Assembly (NCBI GenBank): GCA_965223325.1
Contig: CBDCWI010000002.1
Coordinates: 4,352,001-4,416,000 of the forward strand
DNA: 64,000 nucleotides
From: Candidatus Multivoradales bacterium
GTDB taxonomy: Bacteria; Acidobacteriota; Thermoanaerobaculia; Multivoradales; Multivoraceae
Reading direction: 5' to 3'
Below the pieces are notes generated by a model. It saw nothing but the letters and a program-made list of their open reading frames with translations. It had not been told where the DNA came from and searched no databases. Made by a program: the position numbers and the translations under genes. Shown here in pieces: positions 19,759 through 29,179 of the stretch. Each line of letters begins with the position of its first letter. Positions within the stretch are counted from its first letter, which is position 1.

Positions 19759-21711
19759 TTAGGCGGAGGAAGTCGCGCCAGTTTCGAGGCTGTCGATTCG
19801 CAGCCGGGTGTCGATCTTTGCCGTGCGCCCGTCCTGATAGGTGATCTCAGTTGCGAGTGCCAGTGAGTCGTCGCTGCCGTAGAGCGCGTCGACGATTTCC
19901 TTGTAGCGCTCGGCGACGAAGCCTCGGCGCACTTTGCGGGTGCGCGTCAGTTCAGCGTCGTCGGCGTCGAGTTCTTTGTGCAGGAGCAAAAAGCGACGGA
20001 TACGAGCAGCCTCGGGCAGGTCGGCATTGGTGCGTTCGACATGCTCACGGACCAGCTCGTACATCTCGTTCTTCTGCGACAGGTCGGTGAAGGTCGTGTA
20101 GGGGATCTGTCGACGCTCCGCCCACTTGCCTGAGTTGCCGAAGTCGATCGTGATCATCGAGGTGACGAAGGGCCAGTCGCCGCCGAAGACAACCGCCTCG
20201 CGAATGTAGGGGCTGAACTTGAGCTTGTTCTCGATGAACTGCGGCGAGAAGCGCGTGCCGTCGTGCAGGGTCATGACGTCTTTGGCGCGGTCGATCACGA
20301 TCAGGTGCCCGTCGTCGTCGAAGTAGCCGGCGTCTCCGGTGTGAAGCCAGCCATTCCGCAGGGTCTCCTCGGTGGCGTCGGGGTTCTCGAAGTAGCCCTG
20401 GAACACCGCGCTCGAGCGCGTCAGGATTTCGCCGTCTTCACTGAGATCGATCTCGGTTCCTGGCATCGGCGTGCCGACGGTCTGGCACTTGATCTCCCCG
20501 TCGCGATGCACGCACGAGATGCCACTCACTTCGGTTTGGCCATAGATCTGTTTCAGGTTGACGCCGATGGCGTGAAAGAAACGAAAGACGTCCGGGCCGA
20601 GGGCTGCACCGCCGGTGTAGGCGCGTCGCAGCCGCCGGAGGCCCAGCTGGTCTTTGAGCCAATGGAAGCAGACCCCCTCGGCGACCAGTCGGCGGAACCG
20701 CAAGCCGAACGATGCTGACGGTGGTGGGCCTTTAGACTGGTCGCGATCGAGGAAGTGGTCGGCGTAGCGGTAGCCCGATGCCATCGCCCACTCATAGACC
20801 CGACGCTTGAGCGGCGTGGAGTCTTCGATTTTGACTTGGACCTCGGAGAGCATGTTCTCCCAGATCCGCGGCGGCGAAAACATGACGCGAGGCCCGATCT
20901 CGCGGATGTTTTGCTGCACCGTTTCGGGTTCTTCGGGAAAGTTCACCGGAAACCCCACCAGCAGCCCACAGGCGACGCTGATCATCTGCTCGCCGATCCA
21001 GGCCAGGGGGAGGAACGAGACAAAGTCATCGTTCTCGAGCATTGGATCGGTGGCCTGCAGGCGCTCGGCCATCGCCACCATGTTGCGGTGGCTGAGCATC
21101 GCGAGCTTGGGTTTGCCGGTCGTGCCCGAGGTCGTCGACAGAACCGCGGTGTCGTCGACCTTCACATGCGCGACTCGGGCGTCGAAGTCTTCTGAAGACT
21201 TGCCGGCGCGTCTCCCGATCTCTTCGAGCTCAGGAAACGCCAACAGCTTCGGATGGCCGCGGTAACCGCTGCTGGTCAAGCCGCGCGGGTCGTAAAACAC
21301 GACGCGTTCGACGCGGGGGACGTCCTCTTCGATCTCGAGTAGCTTGTCGACCTGTTCCTGGTCCTCGGCAACGACAAAGCGTGCACCCGAGAAGTCGACC
21401 AGATAGCGCACCTCTTCGGCCACCGAGTCCTGGTAGACGCCCATCGAGACGCCACCGAGTGCCTGAGCTGCCCATTCGGCGATCAACCATTCGGGCCGGT
21501 TGTCGCCCAGGATGGCGAGCTTGTCGCCGGGTGCAAAACCCTGGTCTTCGAGGCCCCAGGCGAAGGCTTGTACGCGCTCCCTGAGCTCCGCCCAGGTGAT
21601 CGACCTCCAGATCCCGAACTCCTTCTCGCGCATGGCGACGCGGTCGGGCCAACGCGATGCGTTTCGTAGCAGTAGTGCTGGCAGCGTCGGGGGCGTGGGG
21701 CTCTCAGCCAT
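19759..21711 (-). CDS. Long-chain fatty acid-CoA ligase (AMP-binding)
   Basis: Motifs TTSGTTGKPK, YGQTE, GWLHTGD and DRAKD. Confidence 0.93.
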   Translation of the reverse strand: MAESPTPPTLPALLLRNASRWPDRVAMREKEFGIWRSITWAELRERVQAFAWGLEDQGFAPGDKLAILGDNRPEWLIAEWAAQALGGVSMGVYQDSVAEEVRYLVDFSGARFVVAEDQEQVDKLLEIEEDVPRVERVVFYDPRGLTSSGYRGHPKLLAFPELEEIGRRAGKSSEDFDARVAHVKVDDTAVLSTTSGTTGKPKLAMLSHRNMVAMAERLQATDPMLENDDFVSFLPLAWIGEQMISVACGLLVGFPVNFPEEPETVQQNIREIGPRVMFSPPRIWENMLSEVQVKIEDSTPLKRRVYEWAMASGYRYADHFLDRDQSKGPPPSASFGLRFRRLVAEGVCFHWLKDQLGLRRLRRAYTGGAALGPDVFRFFHAIGVNLKQIYGQTEVSGISCVHRDGEIKCQTVGTPMPGTEIDLSEDGEILTRSSAVFQGYFENPDATEETLRNGWLHTGDAGYFDDDGHLIVIDRAKDVMTLHDGTRFSPQFIENKLKFSPYIREAVVFGGDWPFVTSMITIDFGNSGKWAERRQIPYTTFTDLSQKNEMYELVREHVERTNADLPEAARIRRFLLLHKELDADDAELTRTRKVRRGFVAERYKEIVDALYGSDDSLALATEITYQDGRTAKIDTRLRIDSLETGATSSA

Positions 21712-22549
21712 CGCGGGTGGCGCCTTCGCCCAGGTAGGCGGCTATGACGGCAGGATCGGCGCGCACGACACGAGGGGTTCCGCGTGCGATCACCCGGCCG
21801 AAGTCGAGAACGACAACGCGGTCCGAAAGGTCCATGACGACCCCCATGTCGTGCTCGATCAAGACACAGGTCACGTCGCGTTCTTCGTTGATGTCGAGAA
21901 TGAAACGCGCCATGTCTTCCTTCTCTTCGACGTTCATGCCGGCCATCGGCTCGTCGAGGAGCAGAAGCCTCGGGTCGAGCGCCAGTGCGCGCGCCAGCTC
22001 GACACGCTTCTGCAGGCCGTAGGCGAGCGTTCCAACCGGCTCTCGACGGAGTTGTTCGATCTCGAGAAAGTCGATGATCTCTTCTACGAACTCGCGGTGC
22101 TCGATTTCTTCGCGGCGTTGTGGGCCCCACCACAGGGCCGCCGTGAGGACATTGCCGTGCATGTGAACGTGGCGACCGAGCATCATGTTCTCGAGCACCG
22201 TCATGTGGCGAAAGAGCTCGATATTCTGAAACGAGCGGGCGACGCCGAGGCGTGCGATGCGGTGAGGCGCCAGTCGGGTCAGGTCATGGAACTGGCCCGC
22301 GCGGTCGCGCAGGAGAACCTGACCCTCCTGTGGTCGGTAGAGGCCCGAGATCGAGTTCAAGAGCGAGGTCTTGCCGGCACCGTTGGGGCCGATGACGGCG
22401 AGGATCTCGCCGTCTCGAACATCGAGGGCGGCGTTGGTCAGCGCTTTGACTCCGCCGAAGCGCAGCGACAGGTCGCGAACCTCCAGTAGGGGGTCCTGGG
22501 CGACGTCGCTGCTTGGGTCCGTTGACTCGCTGGCGCGGGGCTCGTTCAT
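21704..22549 (-). CDS. ABC transporter ATP-binding protein, LivG-like
   Basis: Motifs GPNGAGKT, LLLDEP, IEHDM and VIAAYLG. Confidence 0.93.
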   Translation of the reverse strand: MNEPRASESTDPSSDVAQDPLLEVRDLSLRFGGVKALTNAALDVRDGEILAVIGPNGAGKTSLLNSISGLYRPQEGQVLLRDRAGQFHDLTRLAPHRIARLGVARSFQNIELFRHMTVLENMMLGRHVHMHGNVLTAALWWGPQRREEIEHREFVEEIIDFLEIEQLRREPVGTLAYGLQKRVELARALALDPRLLLLDEPMAGMNVEEKEDMARFILDINEERDVTCVLIEHDMGVVMDLSDRVVVLDFGRVIARGTPRVVRADPAVIAAYLGEGATRDG

Positions 22550-22842
22550 AGAGTTTGCGATCGAGGACTCGGTCGACGACGACCTGCCTCGACTGCACCC
22601 TCGAGGGGTGTCAGGACAAAGGTGGCTCAGCGGGGTGGTGAATCCGTCGAACCCCCAGGGTTGTTGGGAAGGTGGCTGGATATATAGCACGCGCCTCCAC
22701 CGACGAATCGAAACCCCGGGAAACGCAGTAGTTGCGGTATTCGGGATACCATCCAGAGCTGGGCTCGCCACTGCCAGGCGCTCGAATAGATCGCGGGCCC
22801 TCACTCGACGGGAGCACTAGACGGAGGCGGACCACGGTGGCG

Positions 22843-24249
22843 ATGGGACCGGAAGAGTTACGAGACAAGCTCGAGAGGCTGAGGCGCGAGCGCCTCGTCG
22901 ACGAGCTGTTGACGATTGCGGACGGCGAGCCGGCGGTTCGACTGCGACTCGAGACCCTCGCTCTGGCGACCGACCCCGAGGCGCTCGGCAAGTCGCTCGA
23001 GAACCGCATTTCGCGTCTCATGCGGGCGCGCCGCTTCGTGCCCCACCGCAACAGCGCGACCTATGCCCGGGAACTCGACGAGCTGGTTGAGACGGTCGAA
23101 CGCGACCTTCTGCCCTATGCACCCGAGAAGGCCTGTGAGCTGGCAGAGCTGTTCCTGCGCACCGACGGAACCACCTTCGAACGGGTCGACGACTCGTCGG
23201 GCTGGATTGCCAGCGCCTACCGGCGAGCCGCTCGTCTGTGGCTCGATGCCGCAGCTGCCAGCTCGGAAACGCCAGCCGACTCACCGTCGTGGATGGAGAA
23301 GCTTCACGAACTCGCGGTTCAAGACGCCTACGGTGTGCGCATGCCACTCCTGCGCCACGCCGACGTTCTGCTTTCCGAGCACGAGCTCAGGAGACTGGTA
23401 AGGCGGTTCGAAGGTGAGCTTTCGAACCGCGAGGGCGATGGTGACACCACTTCGTCCCTGGCTCTTCTGGCCGAAGCGCTACGCGACCCACGTCTCTTCG
23501 AGCGCTCGATCACCTGTCGCAGCGGCGTGTTGAGCGAGGCCGAGGCCGCTAGCGCCGGTCGTCGCTACCTCGAGTGGAACAAGGTCGCGGACGCCTGCCG
23601 AGTGCTGCAGCCCTATGCCGGTCCCTCGGCACGGCGCGAGGTCGTCGCGCTGCTGGCGGAGTGTCATGAGAGAACCGGCGACGTCGAGGCAGAGCGCCCG
23701 TATCGCTGGCAACTGTTCGAAGCACAGCCCGACTCCTCGACCCTCGAACGGTTGCTCGAACTCGAGACAGGGCAGGTCGAAGGAAACGGCGGCACCCTGT
23801 CGACGGGTCAAACGCTGCGCGCTAGAGCGGCGACCGAACGGGCGCGCCGCATCGCAGCCGAGCACCCCGACGTCATTGCCGCGTCGCGCTTTCTGCTCGA
23901 GGCGGGCTTCGGTGACGACGCCGAGTCGTTGTTGCTCGATCGTCGCCTCGATCTCGAAGAGATCGGCCAGAGTGTGCTGGCAGAGTTAGCGCGCCTGGGC
24001 CGCGCCAAGAAGCGTCCAACCGTCGAGGTGGTCATCTATCGCGAACTGACGGTGAGGATTCTCGATGCCACCCGCCGCGGGGCCTACGGACACGCGGCGC
24101 ACTACCTCGGGCGTCTCGAAGAGCTGGACGAGAGCGTGATCGACTACGGCCCACTCGATGATCATGCCGGCTTCCGCTCTGACCTGAAGGCAAGACATGG
24201 CCGCAAGTCCTCCTTTTGGCGCAAGGTGGGAAGGGACCCGGTCGCCTGA
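22843..24249 (+). CDS. Hypothetical alpha-helical protein (DUF6880-like)
   Basis: ERVDDSSG motif and C-terminal YGHAAHYL...HGRKSSFW. Confidence 0.7.
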   Translation: MGPEELRDKLERLRRERLVDELLTIADGEPAVRLRLETLALATDPEALGKSLENRISRLMRARRFVPHRNSATYARELDELVETVERDLLPYAPEKACELAELFLRTDGTTFERVDDSSGWIASAYRRAARLWLDAAAASSETPADSPSWMEKLHELAVQDAYGVRMPLLRHADVLLSEHELRRLVRRFEGELSNREGDGDTTSSLALLAEALRDPRLFERSITCRSGVLSEAEAASAGRRYLEWNKVADACRVLQPYAGPSARREVVALLAECHERTGDVEAERPYRWQLFEAQPDSSTLERLLELETGQVEGNGGTLSTGQTLRARAATERARRIAAEHPDVIAASRFLLEAGFGDDAESLLLDRRLDLEEIGQSVLAELARLGRAKKRPTVEVVIYRELTVRILDATRRGAYGHAAHYLGRLEELDESVIDYGPLDDHAGFRSDLKARHGRKSSFWRKVGRDPVA

Positions 24250-24269
24250 GTGCGGTCGGGCGCGGTTCG

Positions 24270-24950
24270 ATGGCACGAGGGTTGACCAGGCGGGTTCTCA
24301 TGTCGACAGGAGTCGCGGGTGCAATGCTCGTTGCTCCTCTCGAGGTTTCCGCTTTGCAAATCGTGCCTCGAGAGGGGGGCCCTGTTGAGCAGAACGGCTT
24401 CCTGGCTCCGGCTGTCCAGCAGAACACCGGCCTGGGTGATGCCATGAGCGCCCCTGGCTTACGAACCGACGAGGGTACCGAGCAGACGCTCTTCGCGGGC
24501 ACCGAGAGGGCGACGGTTCTGGTCTTCGTTGGGCGAGAATGCCCGATCTCGAATCGCTACACGCCAACGCTGAACCGACTGCGACGTGAAACGTTGGCCA
24601 CACACGGTCAGTCTTCGGTGGCCTTCTGGTTGGTTTACCCAGAGCGAGGGGTAACCGCGGTGGAGGTGCGCGAACACCGCGAAGCCTGGGATCACGAGTG
24701 GCCCGCGCTGCTCGATCTGGACCGAACCGCCGTAGAGCTCGTCGGAGCAGCGGTCACCCCTGAAGCCGCTTTGTTCGACGACAGAGGAACGTTGATCTAC
24801 CGCGGGCGCATCGATGATCGCTTCCGCGCGCTCACGCGTAGCCGCCCACGGGCAACTCGCCATGAGCTGAAGAGTGCGCTCGACGCACTGCTTGCCGGAG
24901 AACCAGTACCCGTCGCTCATGCTCCTGCGGTGGGTTGTTTCATCGAGTAG
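24270..24950 (+). CDS. Redoxin/thioredoxin-fold exported protein
   Basis: Motifs ECPIS, VTPEA, YRGRIDD and AVGCFI; start uncertain. Confidence 0.8.
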   Translation: MARGLTRRVLMSTGVAGAMLVAPLEVSALQIVPREGGPVEQNGFLAPAVQQNTGLGDAMSAPGLRTDEGTEQTLFAGTERATVLVFVGRECPISNRYTPTLNRLRRETLATHGQSSVAFWLVYPERGVTAVEVREHREAWDHEWPALLDLDRTAVELVGAAVTPEAALFDDRGTLIYRGRIDDRFRALTRSRPRATRHELKSALDALLAGEPVPVAHAPAVGCFIE

Positions 24951-25014
24951 TCGGGAACCAACTCGCCCCTCGACCAGTCAAAACCACCGGCTAGCGTGAC
25001 GTGCGCCCTGGGCA

Positions 25015-28000
25015 GTGCGATGGCGCTGGGACCTTCGCTGCCTGGGATGGGTTTGGGACCATCTGGGACGAACGGTGTTCGAAAGTCTCGCGATTCGTCC
25101 CTTGCAAGGAACGGATCGTGCTTCTCTTTCGTACCTTGAAGATGAAACGGGGGAGCGGGACGAATGTCTAAGACGGGCGAGGGCCATGAGAAGGGTGTCC
25201 ATGGTCGCTTTCGGAACCGGAATCGGAGGGGCCTGGGGTTTGACGGCCGGAGTACCGCGCTCAACTGAATTCAACGGAGCGCCGTTGATTCAAGGTGATG
25301 ACCCCGAAGGGCCCCTGGACCTCTTCGAGATCCGTTCAACGGACCGGTTCGTGCCGCGCCGCCTTCTCGGGCGTGGCTCCTTCGGCGCGCTCTGGGAAGC
25401 GTGGGACTGCCGGCGTGGGGTCCGGGTGGCGGTTCGGGTCCTCGACCCGCGTGGGGGAATCGCGATTCCGGTGTGGAAGCGGGCCTTCCGCTTGCTCACC
25501 AGGATTTCGCACCCGTCGATCCTCGAGCCACAGGAGCTGGTCAACAGTAGTGAGCAGTGGCTGGTGATCACTCAGCTGGTCAGTGGCCCCGACCTGGTCA
25601 GCGCTTTGCGTGTCGGTGCCGGCTCCGATCGCTCGGGGCCCGTGACCGGCGTCGACTTCGATCGCGTGCGCAGGTCCTTCTCGCAGCTGCTCGCCGGCCT
25701 TGATGCGTTGGCCCGGTACGGCCGGGTGCACGGAAACCTGAAGCCCTCCAACGTGCTGCTCGACTCTTCCGGCACGGTTCGTCTTCTCGACGGCGGGCTG
25801 GCGGAGGAAGTCCGAGCACAGCTCGCCGAGACTTGTGCGAATGGAAGCTTCGAACGGGTCTTTTGTCCGGCTCCCTTCTACGCCGCTCCAGAGTCGATCG
25901 TGCAAGAGGTGGGAGAGCTTCAAGCTGGCGTTACCTCGGCAGGCGATCTCTACTCGGTCGGAGTGTTGCTGCACGAGGTGCTGACCGGCATTCTTCCGGG
26001 CGCTGGCCGGGACCGCCGGCCGAGCTCGAGGCGTAGCGGCATCCCGGTCGATCTAGACGTTCTGACGGCCGACCTGTTGCAGCCCGACCCAGATTCTCGG
26101 CCTTCGCTTTCCGAGGCGCGGCTGGTGCTCGAACGCGGTACCAAGAGCGACGCCACCAGCCGTAAAGACGGAGCGTTCGGTAGTTCTTCGGGCAGGCTCG
26201 AGCCTGACGACGGAGGTTCTCCGGTTCTCGTCGGGCGGGGACGGGAGCTCGATCGGCTGCGCGGGCTCTACGAGGAAGCCGTCTGGAGTGATCAGCCCGG
26301 CGGTCTCGAAGACGGTGCGGGCCGGCTGATCTGGATTCGAGGTCAGTCCGGGATGGGCAAGACCGCTCTCCAGGAGGGGTTCGCTCAGGAGATCGCCGCG
26401 ACTTTTCCGGAGACCTGGGTGATGATGGGGCGCTGTCATCGTCAGGAGAGTGTGCCCTTCAAGGTATTCGATCCGATTGTCGAGGCTCTCGTTGGAAAGA
26501 TTGAGGAGCTTCCTGCCGACGACCACGAGGGCACTGCCCTGCGCGCGCTCATTACGCCGGCCCTGCGACGCGTCTTCCCGTGGGTCACGCGCTCGCGGAC
26601 GAACGAGGGGAGAGAGCGTTTGCCGCTCCTGAGCTCCGCTGCCGCTCCCGATGTGTCTCCCGACGAGCTTCGCCTTCATGCCTTTCGTGACCTGCGGGTT
26701 CTCCTCGCTCGCTGTGCAGAGCAGCACCCGATTGTCGTTGTTCTCGACGATCTCCAGTGGGGCGATGCCGACAGCGCGGCGTTGCTTGCCGAGTTGGTTC
26801 GTTCGCCCATGCCAGGGTTCCTCCTCATCGCCAGCTGCCGCAGCGAAGACCTGGAACAGAGCCCCTTTCTCTCTGCGCTGCCGGCAACTGTTTTGGGCCT
26901 CGGCGAGGACATGGTGCTGCCCGGTCTCGATGAGGCGTCGGCAGAGCAGCTGGCGCGCGAGTGGATCACGGAGCCTCTGTGTGAAGGCAGCTGCACGTCC
27001 ACCTCTACCGATGGCCCGAACGGCTCGGCTCGCGATCGCCTGGTTCACGCGGTGGTGCGAGAGTCGATGGGCAATCCCTTCTACCTGACGACGCTCTCTC
27101 GTGCCGCCGCGCGTCGCGAGTTCAGTCCCGATGGACTGGTCTTGAGCACGGTCATCGAACAACAGCTTGCAGAACTGCCCGACTTGTCGCGTCAGCTGCT
27201 GGCGCTACTGGTGGTGGCTGAGATGCCGCTCGACCGCGAGGTCTGCCGGCGCGCGCTGGGCCCGGTGACCGACGACGATTCAGGAGCGCCCGACTTCGTG
27301 ACCTTCGATGGCTGCCTGCGACGTCTCGAGCTCGAGGGCCTGGTGAGAGTCATGGGGCCTGGCGGGCGCGAGGTGATCGACCTGCGTCACGATCGCCTGC
27401 GCCGACCGCTTCTCGAAACCGTCGACGAGGCGGAGCGCCGAGAGTTGCACGGCCGGCTGGCGACGGCCCTCGAAAGAGCTGGCGAACGTGCCGCAGGAAC
27501 CGTTGCCAGTCATCTTCACCAGAGCCATGACGACGGACGCGCTGCAAGCTATGCGGTCGAGGCAGCGGAACAGGCGTTCGAACAGTTGGCCTTCGACCGC
27601 GCCGCACGTCTGCTCGAGCTGGCGCTCGACCTCAGTCGTCAAGGTGGCGTGACGGAAGCCGAGATGGCGGCGCTGCGGGCGAGGCTTGGTGACGCGCTGC
27701 GCCTGGCCGGACGCGGTGCCGAGGCGGCGGGCGAGTACCTTGCAGCCGTCGAAGGTGGTGGCTCGCGAAGAGTGCTGGAGCTCCAACGTGGAGCCGCCGA
27801 ACAGTTGCTGCTTTCAGGGCATGTCGAATCTGGGGTTCGGGTGCTGCGACACGTCTTTCGGACGGTGGGTCTTCCCTACCCGAAAGGTCGGCGCCGCTTG
27901 CGCTTCTGGCGAACCGGTGGCCGACGCCGCAAGTTGCGCTTCGAAGCACGCCGCCAGGAAGAAGTATCGCCCGCCCTTCTGTTGCGCGTCGATGCTTGCT

Positions 28001-29118
28001 GGTCGGCGGCGGCGGGGCTGCGCCCCATCGATCCAGCCGCGGCCAGTGACGCGCAGGAACGGCACCTCAATCTCGCTCTCCAGGCCGGTGATCTCCCGCG
28101 CATCGTGCGGGCTCTTCTCATGGAGGTCGCGTCATCGGCGGCTGCCGGCACCGAGTCCAACGAGCGAACCCAGGAGCTCCTGGAAGAGGCGACCAGGTTG
28201 GCCGAGAGAAACGGCGACCCTGAATCTCTCGGCCGGGCCGCGCTCGCGGCCACCATCGCCGCGACAGCCGAAGGTCGCTGGGCCGAGGCGGTGCGGCTCG
28301 GGCGGCAGACCGCGACCATCCTGGTCGAGCGCTGTTCGGGAGTTGCCTGGGAGCGCCGCCTGAATCAAGACCTCGTTCTTCAAGGCCTCAACGGCCTTGG
28401 CGCGTTCGACGAGATCTCGGCTCGCCTGCCGCGGCTGCTTACCGAGGCCGTCAAGTGCAACGATCTCTACGCCCAGAACAACCTCGGCATGTGGATGGCC
28501 AGAGCCGAGCTGATCAAGGATCGCCCCAAGGAGGCACGGCTTCGTCTCGAAGCTGTAGAACAACAGTGGCCCAGCGGGCGCTGGGAGCTGCCGCGGCTGC
28601 AGGCGAAGTTGGTCGAGATCGAGGTCGCCCTCTATTGCCAGGAGACCGATTGTTGGCAACAGATCGAGCGCCGCTGGTCAGCGGTCCGTTCGAGCGGGAT
28701 GCTCGAGAGCCAGGTGGTGAGGATTCGCCTGGCCCTTCTACGCGCCCGTTCGGCTCTCCTTGCGGCGCGCTCGGGCGGCGGCGAAGTCGGCGCCTGGCAC
28801 GACCGGATCGAGCGCGAACTCACCGCCATCGATAGCGAAGGCGCTCCCTGGGGAAGCAACCTCGCCGACGGTCTGCGGGCCACGCTTGCCGTCCAGCAAG
28901 GCGATCGGGCGCGGGCGAAACGCCTCTACGAGGTCGTTGAGCGCCGGGCGCGAGGTACCGAGATCGCGGTGCTCGCCGGTGCATGCCGCTTGCGTCGCGG
29001 TGAACTGATCGGCTCCGGCCTCGGCGATCGAATGGCCACCGAAGCGCGTCAAGAGATTCGAGAACTGGGTGTCGTGTTTCCTGAGCGCATTGCGGCGCTG
29101 TTTCTCGGAGCGTTGTAG
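25015..29118 (+). CDS. Ser/Thr kinase-like domain fused to an AAA/STAND ATPase and a helical C-terminus (probable pseudokinase)
   Basis: LGRGSFG, VAVR, HGNLKPSN, DGG, YAAPE; Walker A GQSGMGKT; VVLDDLQWGD; GNPFY; the true start is probably 170-270 nt downstream. Confidence 0.85.
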   Translation: MRWRWDLRCLGWVWDHLGRTVFESLAIRPLQGTDRASLSYLEDETGERDECLRRARAMRRVSMVAFGTGIGGAWGLTAGVPRSTEFNGAPLIQGDDPEGPLDLFEIRSTDRFVPRRLLGRGSFGALWEAWDCRRGVRVAVRVLDPRGGIAIPVWKRAFRLLTRISHPSILEPQELVNSSEQWLVITQLVSGPDLVSALRVGAGSDRSGPVTGVDFDRVRRSFSQLLAGLDALARYGRVHGNLKPSNVLLDSSGTVRLLDGGLAEEVRAQLAETCANGSFERVFCPAPFYAAPESIVQEVGELQAGVTSAGDLYSVGVLLHEVLTGILPGAGRDRRPSSRRSGIPVDLDVLTADLLQPDPDSRPSLSEARLVLERGTKSDATSRKDGAFGSSSGRLEPDDGGSPVLVGRGRELDRLRGLYEEAVWSDQPGGLEDGAGRLIWIRGQSGMGKTALQEGFAQEIAATFPETWVMMGRCHRQESVPFKVFDPIVEALVGKIEELPADDHEGTALRALITPALRRVFPWVTRSRTNEGRERLPLLSSAAAPDVSPDELRLHAFRDLRVLLARCAEQHPIVVVLDDLQWGDADSAALLAELVRSPMPGFLLIASCRSEDLEQSPFLSALPATVLGLGEDMVLPGLDEASAEQLAREWITEPLCEGSCTSTSTDGPNGSARDRLVHAVVRESMGNPFYLTTLSRAAARREFSPDGLVLSTVIEQQLAELPDLSRQLLALLVVAEMPLDREVCRRALGPVTDDDSGAPDFVTFDGCLRRLELEGLVRVMGPGGREVIDLRHDRLRRPLLETVDEAERRELHGRLATALERAGERAAGTVASHLHQSHDDGRAASYAVEAAEQAFEQLAFDRAARLLELALDLSRQGGVTEAEMAALRARLGDALRLAGRGAEAAGEYLAAVEGGGSRRVLELQRGAAEQLLLSGHVESGVRVLRHVFRTVGLPYPKGRRRLRFWRTGGRRRKLRFEARRQEEVSPALLLRVDACWSAAAGLRPIDPAAASDAQERHLNLALQAGDLPRIVRALLMEVASSAAAGTESNERTQELLEEATRLAERNGDPESLGRAALAATIAATAEGRWAEAVRLGRQTATILVERCSGVAWERRLNQDLVLQGLNGLGAFDEISARLPRLLTEAVKCNDLYAQNNLGMWMARAELIKDRPKEARLRLEAVEQQWPSGRWELPRLQAKLVEIEVALYCQETDCWQQIERRWSAVRSSGMLESQVVRIRLALLRARSALLAARSGGGEVGAWHDRIERELTAIDSEGAPWGSNLADGLRATLAVQQGDRARAKRLYEVVERRARGTEIAVLAGACRLRRGELIGSGLGDRMATEARQEIRELGVVFPERIAALFLGAL

Positions 29119-29179
29119 GAACTCACCTGCCAAGCGCGTTCGCCGGCAGACCTCGCGGTGGTGAACTAGCATCGGCGGG

